A stretch of 63,943 nucleotides of DNA, the filler included, from Folioceros fuciformis (Eukaryota), in the NCBI GenBank assembly GCA_049999805.1. It is 8 parts of 8 records of this genome, joined end to end, with 100 filler letters (N's around TTAATTAATTAA, not from the genome) between each part and the next. Parts side by side here need not be neighbours in the genome. Positions count along the whole stretch, not along the records: positions 1 to 13,292 come from JBNGIO010005306.1; positions 13,393 to 23,970 come from JBNGIO010005307.1; 6 more parts are not named here. One strand, 5' to 3'. Position numbers and translations under genes: made by a program. Position 1 is the first letter of the stretch, and every line of letters starts with the position of its first letter. This document shows positions 11,648 to 21,798 of the stretch, one piece after another. The notes beneath the pieces are model-generated. The model had not been told where the DNA came from. It ran no database searches and saw only the letters and a list, made by a program, of their open reading frames with translations.

Positions 11648-12867
11648 TTGGCGAGGACGCCAACAAATGAGAAGGGGAGTATGTGGACTCCACATGCTGA
11701 ATAGGTCCTTGGAAAATGGTAGGATTTCTCTTTTTGGGAATCTCTAAGTGAACCCTGTGGTGAAATGGTTAAAAGATTAGGTTAGATTAATAGCTAGATT
11801 AATGGTGAGGTGAGACGCGTCCTTGAAGGGTTGCTGAAATGATCTGAGAGAAGGGATGGAATGATTTGAGAGAGGAGGGAGAGTGTTGAGAGGCACTGAC
11901 CATTTTGGTAGTCTTGAGAGGTTGGTCAATTTTGGTAAGGGCACCCAGTGGTGTCCATGGGACACAACCCCTATTAGGTCAGAACTAGGTTTGGGTTAAA
12001 GTTAGGGTTAGGTCAGAGTAAGGTTTAGGTCAGAATTAGGGGTGGCTTAGGTCAGAGAGAGATTGCTGGGTGGTTGACTGAGGCTAACCCTAATAGATAG
12101 AGATGGAGGTTTGGGCCAAGGTAGTATAAGAGGCTAGACCTGCCATTGAGGAGGGGGCTGTCTACGGTGCGATTTCCCTGGACCTTGGGTGCAGAACTCT
12201 TGGCTTAGGGCGCTGAGCTGGTTGAGACTAAACTAAGGTCCTGATTTCCCTTGCCACTAGGGGAACGTGGAGGATCCCAAGACTGCCAAGATTCTTGTGG
12301 CCGGATCCGCAATGGCTAACCACCTTGCATGGTAGCTGAGGTGAGGTTGCAGGGCCATGAGCCAAGGAGGCTACCCAGCCCTAGGCCTCGCCTTTGCCTT
12401 GAAGGCTGCAAGAGGGAAGGCTGTTGTGTTCCAAATTGCAGGAGAGAAGGGTTGAGTTGCAGATTTTGGAACTGTTGAAGTGAGGAGTTGAGCTGAAGTG
12501 AGGGGCTGGAGGGTGAACTGAAGTGCTGAAGTGAAGGACTGAAATGCTGGGGTGAAGTACTGAAGTGGTGGAATGAAGTGTTGAAGCTGGAGTGAGGAGC
12601 TAGCTGAAGTTGAGGTTCTCGTTCAACTGCGGAGGTAGCTAGCACTAGGTGCTGAGAGTTGGAGGCCAGACTTGGGCTGGAGCCTCCTCTCAGCACTGAA
12701 GTGATTGATACTTGGAGCTGGAAACGAGGGCTGAAGACAATGCTGGAGTTCTCATTTTGTTGAGGCTGGGGTTGGTGTTGTGGTAGGAGCCGAAGATAGG
12801 ACCGAGAATTCTGATCTATTGCTGTAGCAGTTGGTATATGCTGATAGATAGGGTGAGATTAGGGGGA

Positions 12868-12983
12868 TGTAGGTAATATTGACATTAGTTCACTCCCTTG
12901 GGAGCGAATCATAAGACTACAACGATTATAAAGGGAAGTGTGGCCCCTTGGTGGTTCTTGGGTGTGCAAGAAATCACCCCACA
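12868..12983 (+). mobile_element. Short Gypsy LTR (~116 bp) flanked by a PPT and a PBS
   Basis: Purine tract AGGGGGA directly precedes TGTAGG; the element ends CCCACA; an internal TATAAA is present. Confidence 0.65.
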
Positions 12984-12986
12984 TTT

Positions 12987-13004
12987 TGGCGCCGTTGCCG
13001 GGGA
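12987..13004 (+). promoter_or_regulatory. Primer binding site (Athila/Tat-type, tRNA-Asp-like)
   Basis: TGGCGCCGTTGCCGGGGA located 3 nt after the LTR-terminal CA, followed by an ATG ORF at 13081 that runs into the gap. Confidence 0.85.
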
Positions 13005-13292
13005 GTGACATTGCTGTCAAGGTTTGGAGAGGACTGACCTAGATAGGGGACTGTACGAGGGAATGTGGCAGGGTTGATGGATGCCCTGCATAGGAGCTGA
13101 AGATTTCAACTCTAGCTTTGAAGGGGGAGCTCAAGCTCAAGTAAGGAGGCAGCAGCAAGTATTGGAGCGTGAGCAAAGAGCAGTGGAGAGGGAGCTAAGG
13201 AGGGCACAGCCAGGGCATACACTAAAGAGGAGGAGGAGAGGGGCTAGCAACCAGCAGATCTTGGGGGAATCAATCACGTTGGAACAAGACCC

Positions 13293-13392
13293 NNNNNNNN
13301 NNNNNNNNNNNNNNNNNNNNNNNNNNNNNNNNNNNNTTAATTAATTAANNNNNNNNNNNNNNNNNNNNNNNNNNNNNNNNNNNNNNNNNNNN
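13293..13392. other. Artificial contig linker N44-TTAATTAATTAA-N44 (also at 23971, 30489, 40210, 48819, 57857 and 62224)
   Basis: An identical 100-bp construct with a 12-mer giving stops in all six frames recurs seven times. Confidence 0.97.
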
Positions 13393-14132
13393 CTCCTTAG
13401 GTTGTTCCTCCAATCTTTGGCGTGCTCATTGAACTTTGGCCCTCCTTAGGTTGTTCCTCCAATCTTTGGCGTGCTCATTGGACTTTGGCCCTCCTTAGGT
13501 TGTTCCTCCAATCTTTGGCGTGCTCATTGAACTCTGGCCCTCCTTAGGTTGTTCCTCCAATCTTTGGTGTGCTCATTGAACTTTGGCCCTCCTTAGGTTG
13601 TTCCTCCAATCTTTGGCCCTGCTTGGGTTATTGCTCCAATTTTTGGCCCTGCTCGGATTGGTCCTCCAATCTTTGGCCTTGTTCGGGCTGTTCCTCCAAT
13701 CTTTGGCCCTGCTCCTTGCTCAGGTTGGTCCACCCCTGCTCCTTGTTCAGGTTGGTCCTCCAATCTTTTGGCCTTGCTTGGGTTGTTCCTCCAATCTTTA
13801 GCTCTGCTCGGGTTGTTGCTCCAATCTTTCTCCTTGCTCAGGTTGGTCCTCCAATCTTTTGGCCTTGCTCGGGTTGTTCCTCCAATCTTTGGCCGTGTTT
13901 TGGATCTTCCTCTAATCTTTGGCCCTAGTTAGGTTGTTCCTCCAATCTTTGGCCCTGGTTAGGTTGTTCCTCCAGTCTTTGGCCCTGGTTAGGTTGTTCC
14001 TCCAGTCTTTAGCCCTTGTTGGGTTCTTCCTCCAATCTTTAGTCCTTGTTGGGTTCTTCCTCCAATCTTTAGCCCTTGTTGGGTTCTTCCTCCAATCTTT
14101 GGGCCTGCTTGGGTTTTTCCTCCAATCTTTGG
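13393..14132 (+). repeat. Composite minisatellite: 49-bp unit x4 grading into a ~30-bp unit array
   Basis: Shared core ggttgttcctccaatctttggc. The period is 49 bp at 13393-13590 and ~30 bp thereafter. Confidence 0.93.
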
Positions 14133-14841
14133 AGTAGATGGAACTTTCCATCTCTTTATCAATAATAAAAAATACTATCTTAAATTTGATAATAATAAAA
14201 CTAAATAATAGCAAACATCTCTCCTCTCTTGGCAAAGCTCCTACTCTTGGCACCCCCATTATGGTTTTCCTTCCTTCACATATAAATGGTTTTCCTTCCT
14301 TCACCCATCTATAGGTTTTTTTTGTGGTGCATCATATATGGATTTTTTTTGTGGTGCATCATATATGGAGAACGAGGTGATCCTTCTAGATCTTGGTGCC
14401 GTTGGTTTGATAGTAGCTCAACTTGGATAGTTGGTAATGACATATTAAAGCCCACATTGTGTTCTCCTCACGGGAGGAATCACCATGCTCTCTATCACAC
14501 TTTCCGCAACCGACACAAGGTCACACAAATTACGGCAACGATCCTACTGAGGATAATAAGCAAACTGTACAGACCCATCGAGGGTAGAACCGCATTGCGC
14601 GTATCACGACTCAAATCCTCATCGGCTCGTTCGGATTGGGAATAAGCAGCGTCGCAGTATAAACCTGTGGGTGATAACGTACGCCAGATATGCTTTAAAA
14701 TAGCAGTGGATTTATCATGAAGCCTACTGAGCTTGCAAGGTGGTCAGTAGGTTGGTGTTCCACGGCCAGCCCGACTGGCCGGAGCGACATTCCTCTGATT
14801 CCCGCTCCAGGCCCCATTCCTTGCCTGATTGGCTGAGGCGG

Positions 14842-15171
14842 ATGGCCGAGGGCCAAGATTTTGTGCGCGGTCGTCGCATCTACTGCTGCAACTGCCGCAG
14901 ACATATCGCGGACCACGACGACTGCGTGTCGAAAACTTTCAGTGGGCGAAATGGGAGGGCATTTCTGTTCACAAGCGTGACGAATGTTATGGTCGGGGAG
15001 AGGCGCGACCGGCAGCTCTTGACGGGCATGTTCACTGTCGCTGACGTCTCCTGTATAGGTTGCAAGAATACTCTGGGTTGGAAGTATGAGAGGGCCTTCG
15101 AGGATTCGGAGAAGTACAAGGAGGGCAAGTTCGTTCTGGAGAAGTCTGAAGTTATGGAAGAGGAAGTCTAG
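14842..15171 (+). CDS. Yippee-like (YPEL) zinc-binding protein, 109 aa, intronless
   Basis: Two CxxC motifs (CCNC, CIGC), SKTFSGRNGRAFLF, LLTGMFTVADVSC, GWKYERA and the KYKEGK signature. ATG at 14842. Confidence 0.93.
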   Translation: MAEGQDFVRGRRIYCCNCRRHIADHDDCVSKTFSGRNGRAFLFTSVTNVMVGERRDRQLLTGMFTVADVSCIGCKNTLGWKYERAFEDSEKYKEGKFVLEKSEVMEEEV

Positions 15172-16474
15172 TGACAGCAGCCAGTGGTGCTGGTGTTCTG
15201 TCTTGTACAGATGGAGGCTGAAGGAGCCAGTCTATCATGTGTATGTGCGTGGCACGATCTCTCACCCTCGGAGCTATCGTTGTGCAGGAGATGCCTTCGT
15301 AGTGGGGATGGATTATCTGGGAAGCAGCTTGTTGTGTAAAGCATCCCCTTAGACCACAGTTTGTTCTTTGCATGGCATGCCTGGTACGAAATTTCAGGAG
15401 ACAGCAACACCGCACAGTGCTTTCTCCACGTAGCAGCTTTACAGCGGGCACTCAGTCCGAAGAGGTCGGTTGGTGAGCCTCACAGGTTCGTGACGATTTT
15501 TTTTCGGTTGTTTTTTGGCATATCTTCCTCCAATTGGGATTGAGATAGTTATGTCTTTCCACCACCACCTGGGTGAGGTCAGGATTAGGATCGTCTACTT
15601 CTCTTTTCGTGCAGCGAGTTGTGCTTCGAGCTCTCACGAGCTAGCCCTAGATGATCGTCGGGTTGCCAGGAGATTGGTTGGCGTCCCTGGAACTACCGTT
15701 CCAACTGGGAGGGAGATGCAGGCAGGGTTATTGATGGCTTGGCCACAACGTGACCTTACCTGCAATCGGGCTGCACCAAGAGAACTCTTGTTCTGCATGC
15801 ATGCACAAAATGAGCCGCAATATGACAGGCGCTGGACTCACAGATTGTGGAAGAGCACTGCATGCTCCTGCCCTCCCTCCCTCTCTTCGTTGCCCGCTCT
15901 AAGAAACTTCAGAGGTATCAAGCGGCTAACCTGGTGGATGCATCCAGCGTCTCGGGTGATCATTTGGACCACTTCAGCCCTTGGAACTGAACAACAAGGA
16001 CCTGTCTGGACTCCTTCCTGCAGTCCAAATTAGTACAGTACTGAGAGTCTAGAAACCTTCAGCTGCTTGCCGTGCCAGAAAAGTTGGGAACCCCAGGATC
16101 CGACTGCAGCAGAGTGAGTGACTGCAAATCTTGCGGGAGGTCGGAAAAGCCTTATACTGTACGATGTACCTGACCCTTCAGCGCAGAGAGCCCGATCCCA
16201 ACTATTAGGGTTTGAGTGCACCACGGCCACGATCCTCTGACCGCACTGAATGAGGCAGACCTGTGGAAAACAGCCCGCCATTGGTTTCCGCTGCTCATGC
16301 CGGATCGATGAGATGGCGAAGCAGATCGCCGCGACCTCTCCCCCACGCACAGCGAGAGCCGAAGCGGCGGGATCCGCGAGCTCACGGGGAGCACCAATCG
16401 CGGCAGGGGACGCTTGGTTTTTCTTTAAAGGCACGAAACCTTTCTCCCCTCGCTGCCGGCGCTGGTGAGCGAGG

Positions 16475-16672
16475 ATGGACGTGGCGACGGCGCACCCCCA
16501 TGTGGTGCACCACAGGCGCAGGCGGCGGCGGAAGGGCCACGCGATCCGCCACCGTCACCGCCGCAGGAAGGGCCATGGCCGCAAGCGCCGCCGCAGACGT
16601 CGCCGCCATAAGCACAAGAAGCACGGTCGCAGACGGCGCCGCCGCCGCCGTCGCAAACACCGCAAGCAGTAG
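16475..16672 (+). CDS. Protamine-like Arg/His-rich small basic protein (65 aa)
   Basis: ATG to TAG; 29 Arg, 12 His and 8 Lys; Arg runs of 6, 7 and 9 encoded by mixed AGG/CGC/CGG/AGA/CGT codons. Confidence 0.7.
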   Translation: MDVATAHPHVVHHRRRRRRKGHAIRHRHRRRKGHGRKRRRRRRRHKHKKHGRRRRRRRRRKHRKQ

Positions 16673-18413
16673 CCTGCTTGCCATGCGGCTTGGTGCTCGC
16701 TCTCCATCCCAAACTGAAATTCCGTTGGATGCGAGCCACATCCCGAGTCCCTGGACAGCGAAGCAGTTACCATTACATAACACTGAATGACAGAGTGCGC
16801 GCTCAATGCTCAACAAAAAAGTGGCCGGCAGAACAGCGTCAAGTGAATCCCAACTCACACGCGATGAAGCGGCCGGCTCCCCATCTCCCTTGCCGCCCGC
16901 ACATACATGCAAGGCGCCTTGTTAGCGTGGAAAAAATGCTTTGCACAGACGACAATCCCTGGAAGCAAGCGTCATGTTGTTGTTGTTGTGTTGTTGCACG
17001 CCATCCACATTGCGCTCTGGCGCTGTATAATACCAAGAGACTGAACCTGTTGTTGCCTGAATCAAAAATCAAATTTGAGTCCAATTCCCCAACTGATTCT
17101 CTTGCCAGCTTCCATTCCTCGCACGATCATATTGAATCCTTCTTGCCCAATCCACGACTGAATCAACACATTCTCCTGGAACGTTACCTCTCTCACTCAT
17201 GTCGTGCCCTATTGCAACGCATTTCAAACTTCTCTGTTTGTTTCCTTCACATCCCCACCATCTCGTCCAGTTTTGACATCTCGTTTGCGTGTGTACACAT
17301 GACGTTGCCCCCCTCCCCGTCCTCTACATAGTGCTCGGTTTTGTCTACAAACGTAACCAGTTCCCATCGTTTTTTCTCAAAATTGAGTATCTATGGAGTT
17401 TTTCTGAAGGTTTGTGGCGTCGTGTTTCTCATGGCGGAGGAAGAGGGAGGGAAAGAGCGGCGTGCTGTGACGCTCAGATTCAAGGGGAGTCATGGCCGCA
17501 AGGTGAGGGGGGTGGAGAAAATTGAAGTCGATCAGCTCGAGGAGGGAACTATTGAGGTTTGACGATGAGAAGGTCACAAACACGGCAGGCCGCACCTGTT
17601 GCCAAGGTAAGCTTGAATCTGCCGGTTGCGTGGTACTTCAAGGAGATGATCAAGAACCGGCTGGTGTAGCTGGAACTGACGGTAGAGGGGCACGGAGGTC
17701 ACATTCGAGACGTCAACCCTCCTGTCAGGCCGGCAACATGAAATTTTGCAGTATCGGTTGAATTCGAGGAATGGTGACACAGCCCCTTTCCCGGAAAGAT
17801 GCGGAGGTATCGCGAAAGTTCTGGCAAAAGATCTGGCACGAGGCTTTCTTGGAGCAGTAAGAAAGCATCCTGGCAGAGGATTGGAGAGGCATTGCTGCGG
17901 GGGGTGNNNNNNNNNNNNNNNNNNNNNNNNNNNNNNNNNNNNNNNNNNNNNNNNNNNNNNNNNNNNNNNNNNNNNNNNNNNNNNNNNNNNNNNNNNNNNN
18001 NNNNNNGTGGGGTGGAAGAAGGGCAAGCCGATAGGAGGGAGATGCAAGAACGCGGTGGCACCTTCTGAAGCACGCGCATCCACGAGGGTCATGGGTGAAG
18101 CCCATGTGTCTGGACCTCGTCAAGACATCTAATAGGTAGGCACGGTAAGCGACAGCCTACTTCCTGCAACCTCCTTTTTGTGTGTACCATTTTTCGTTTT
18201 CAATGGACCGTATGGCATAGAGTGATTGCTATCCTGCCTACCGTCACGCTTAGAGACAGCATTTTGTTTCAGTCAAAACTTTTGAAGGCCGCATGAATTC
18301 ACGCGACACTCATATCCCCTACAAGGCAGGCATTAACTGGTGACAAACTCAGATGTCCCACTACCCTTTTTCCTACGTTCTCGGCACGGGCCGTTTCAGC
18401 CCTCTGCTTGAAC

Positions 18414-20519
18414 CTACAGTTGGTTTTGCTCTCCAACCAGAAAACTATGCACAACTCCATCATTATCAGTCCACCAGCTCTCGCCCGGTAGCTTCCATGC
18501 CTTAATTCCTAGTCTCCTTGCCTGCATCTCAGCAGCTTGCTCCCACATCTGGACACAGATGTATATATTCGACATAGTTACATATGCTGTCGCGTCTTTC
18601 TCATCAAGCTTCACTGCCTCATCGAAAGCAAACCTTCCCACCTCCACGTTCTTCCACTTTCGACAAGCACCCAACAGGTTGTGCCAAAGTGCAGAGTTGG
18701 GTGTTACAGGCAACGTCCTTGCCAACACTAGAGCTTCATTCAGTCGACCTGCCCGTCCAAGGAGATCGACCATGCACGTGTAGTGCTCTACCGTGGGAGA
18801 AATGCCGTAGACTTTGCTCATAACCTCAAAGTATTCCTTCCCCTTGTTCACTAGGCCCGCATGACTGCATACTGCTAGGACACTGAGAAAGGTGACCCCA
18901 ACCGGCTGTATGCCATCCTCCAGCATCTCTTGGACTAAATCAAAGACCTCTTCACTGTCCCCTTGGCAACTGTAACCTGCTATCAACGCACTCCAGGCAA
19001 CAACATCTCTTTCCAGCATTGCATCAAACACCTGCTGTGCATCCACCACACTCCCAGCCTTCCCATACATGTTTATCAAACTGCCAGCTACAAACACGTC
19101 AGTTTGAAGGCCTTGTTGTTCAATTCGTGCATGTAGCAGTCTTCCTTGATGCAAAGCTGCCACATTTGCACATGCCTGCAGAAGATAAACAAAGGTCACA
19201 CAATCAGGTGAAGCGATCCCTTCTAATTCCATTGCATGATAAAGATTAAGGGCTTTTTGACCCATGCTATGCTGGGAGTAGCCTGCTATTAAGGCATTCC
19301 AAGTCACGACATCCTTTTGAGCAAGTCCGTCAAACACTCTATGAGCATCCTCTAGACTCCCACACTTTGAGTACATATTAACCAAACTGTTAGCTACAAA
19401 CCCATCATCTTGATGCCCTCGTTCTTTAATTCGAGTGTGAAGCTCCTTCCCAATCTCCAAAGCCGGAGTCCCCACACATGCGCATGCCTGCAGAAGGCAC
19501 AGAAAAGTCACAGAGTCGGGTACAGAGATGTCATCATCTTGCATAGCACTATAGAGGCGGAGAGCTTCCAAGCCCATGCCCTGCTGGGAATACCCGGCAA
19601 TCATGGCATTCCACGTCACAGCATCTTTCCTATCAAGTCCGTCAAACACTCCTTGGGCTTCCTCTAAGTTGCCACACTTTGCATACATGTCCACCAAGCA
19701 GCTGCAGACAAACACATCAGGCTCAGTCCCACTGGCCATCACATCGGCATGCACAAGCTGCCCAGCTTTCAAATCCAATCCCCTCGTACAGGCTTGAAGG
19801 GCTGCGACGTAGACATGACCATCTGGCTGTACACTTGATCTGCGCATCCTGCGATAAAATTGTAAAGCCTGCTTGTCTTGCCCGTATTTAACATGGGCTG
19901 AAATGAGGGAGGACCACATGAAGGCATCTGGTTTCGCAACCGCGTCAAATACATCTATCGCGTCTTGCAACCTGCCATGAGAAGCATACATTCGCAGGAT
20001 GTGGTTGCCCAAGAAGGTGTCCGACTCGTATCCCCCTTTCACCGTCAAGGCATGAACTAGGCGACCTAACATTAGATCTTTTCGGACTACACATTTCTTT
20101 AAGACAACATAAATGAGATCTTTGGCAATACAAGAGTTTGTCTGCACGAGAATCCCCAAGGCCTCGACAGCCTGAGTGAGCAGGCCCTGATCACATAACC
20201 AGCTTACGGTTTCAGGCATGTCAGAATCACTCGCCAGGCTCCAGGCCGCATCCAGCAAGGCTGTCTTCGAGGAGTCGATATTGCACGAAAGCCCTGGATG
20301 CCGATCCAATTGTCGCCGAACAAGCTCTTGCGAGCGACATGCCGCACGTACAACCACACACTCTCTGGAACTGGCTAGGGATCTTGCTGAGCTAATGAAC
20401 CACCTCGATTGGTATGGTTGGTCGCCTGGATTCAGGTGAGCCGAACCCTTTCCTCCTAGGCCACCTGTTAACCCACCGCTTAGGCTGGTCCACGAAAATT
20501 GACCGCTCCAGACACTCAT
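18414..20519 (-). CDS. PLS-class PPR protein with E1/E2 and truncated WW-type DYW start (organellar RNA editing factor)
   Basis: P-L-S triplets (LVDMYAKCG, VTWNAMIAGY, TFLCLLQAC), HYTCMVDLLGRAG, and C-terminal KLPGESWWTD..VVHSFLVG. Intronless; first ATG at 20519; transit-peptide-like N-terminus. Confidence 0.96.
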   Translation of the reverse strand: MSVWSGQFSWTSLSGGLTGGLGGKGSAHLNPGDQPYQSRWFISSARSLASSRECVVVRAACRSQELVRRQLDRHPGLSCNIDSSKTALLDAAWSLASDSDMPETVSWLCDQGLLTQAVEALGILVQTNSCIAKDLIYVVLKKCVVRKDLMLGRLVHALTVKGGYESDTFLGNHILRMYASHGRLQDAIDVFDAVAKPDAFMWSSLISAHVKYGQDKQALQFYRRMRRSSVQPDGHVYVAALQACTRGLDLKAGQLVHADVMASGTEPDVFVCSCLVDMYAKCGNLEEAQGVFDGLDRKDAVTWNAMIAGYSQQGMGLEALRLYSAMQDDDISVPDSVTFLCLLQACACVGTPALEIGKELHTRIKERGHQDDGFVANSLVNMYSKCGSLEDAHRVFDGLAQKDVVTWNALIAGYSQHSMGQKALNLYHAMELEGIASPDCVTFVYLLQACANVAALHQGRLLHARIEQQGLQTDVFVAGSLINMYGKAGSVVDAQQVFDAMLERDVVAWSALIAGYSCQGDSEEVFDLVQEMLEDGIQPVGVTFLSVLAVCSHAGLVNKGKEYFEVMSKVYGISPTVEHYTCMVDLLGRAGRLNEALVLARTLPVTPNSALWHNLLGACRKWKNVEVGRFAFDEAVKLDEKDATAYVTMSNIYICVQMWEQAAEMQARRLGIKAWKLPGESWWTDNDGVVHSFLVGEQNQL

Positions 20520-21798
20520 AGCTAAGCTCTTAACATGCACAGACCGACTCCCTAGAGCCCTTCAGCAGGCATGAGATTTTGTCAAGATTTCACTATTCAT
20601 CCGAAACTACACAGATCTGTCTAGTATCTTCATGAGAGCCCGGAAGAACTCGTCATCCAGGTCATTGCAGCTAAGTATTCCGAAGTCGCGCCCTTGACAA
20701 GGCGGTGCTTAGAAGGCGTGCACCACTCGACATGGGACACTACGGTGGAGAAGACTTGAAGCCTGCTGACCCTGCCCAGCTGAAGACTTAATTCCGGAAT
20801 AGGGTTTTCCATAACTGTCCGGAATGTCTTGTGCAGCTGCACAAGGCAGTCAGGAAAGAAGTCTCCACCTACAACAGGGCCCATACTTCAAGCACCGTCT
20901 ACTCACAGCAAGCAGCGACGGCATGAGATCCGGGACAGGCTGAACGAGCTGAAAGTACTTGGCTGGGACGGCTTGGATGACGAGCAGTTCAAGGCCCTCG
21001 TGGGATCACTTGTCACGAAGATGAATCATTGCGGACTACTAGACCAGGAAGCACACCATGGCAGCTTACACAGGAACCACATTTGAAGTACGGGTCACCG
21101 TCTGAAGGACCACGCAGCACTGTGGACGGAGATTTCGGGCACTTCCGTACGGGCCATTCTATGGAGCAAAGATGGCCTAGAGCTTCCCTTTCAAAGAACA
21201 CAGTCCGCACAGCTCGCACGACCACTTCTATCCTCACCAGGCTGCTCACCTGTCAGCCCATGATAATAAGAAATAGTGTGTCCAACAAGGCAACAACGTA
21301 TGTATGTATGCACGCGTATCATGAAACAGCCAGCCGCGTAGCCAGACGCAGAGAAGTGCTCCGTGACAAGCGCTAAGCCGAGCCTCTTGGACCGCCGAGC
21401 CTCTTAGAGCCGCCGAGCTCTTCGCAAAATCCCCAGAGAGCTGTTGCAATATACAGAGAGTCGACAGGCGACAAATCAGTTACATGCAGCGTCATGTAGA
21501 CTATAGCTACCAATCTAGGATACGGGAATATCAACCCGCAAGTAAGAAAAATAATCCTTCACAAGCGCACCGTGCAGGATGGAGAACCAGAGGCAACGAT
21601 AATGCCAACCATGGCCTATTATCTTTCCCAAGAACAACATCCAGTACATGTCGTGAACGGTCTACGAGGTGCCAGATGAAGAATGCAAGAAAACCAAGTA
21701 TCAGAGCTCCAGCGATGCTGCTAAGACCAAAACGCCGAAGCCTACAGCTAACATGAAGGCTTCGGCACAGCCAAAATAAATCCTGAAGGGGGCAGGAG

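Noticed and set aside
13337-13348. Recurrent palindromic TTAATTAATTAA inside N runs
   Set aside because: Assembly linker with six-frame stops, not biological. ORFs ending in ...LIN are artefacts of it.
13569-14304. ORFs with repeats such as RAKDWRNNLT and LFLQSLALV
   Set aside because: Translations of the 30-bp minisatellite.
16382-16912. Ala-rich minus-strand ORF
   Set aside because: Best explained as the antisense shadow of the Arg-codon-rich protamine-like ORF, although strand needs RNA evidence.
17431-18130. Coding-like fragments downstream of the protamine candidate
   Set aside because: Multiple stops, a gap, and no recognisable motif.
20630-21376. Short protein-like frames between the PPR and GDI genes
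   Set aside because: Fragmented and unassignable; possibly a decayed gene but not supportable.
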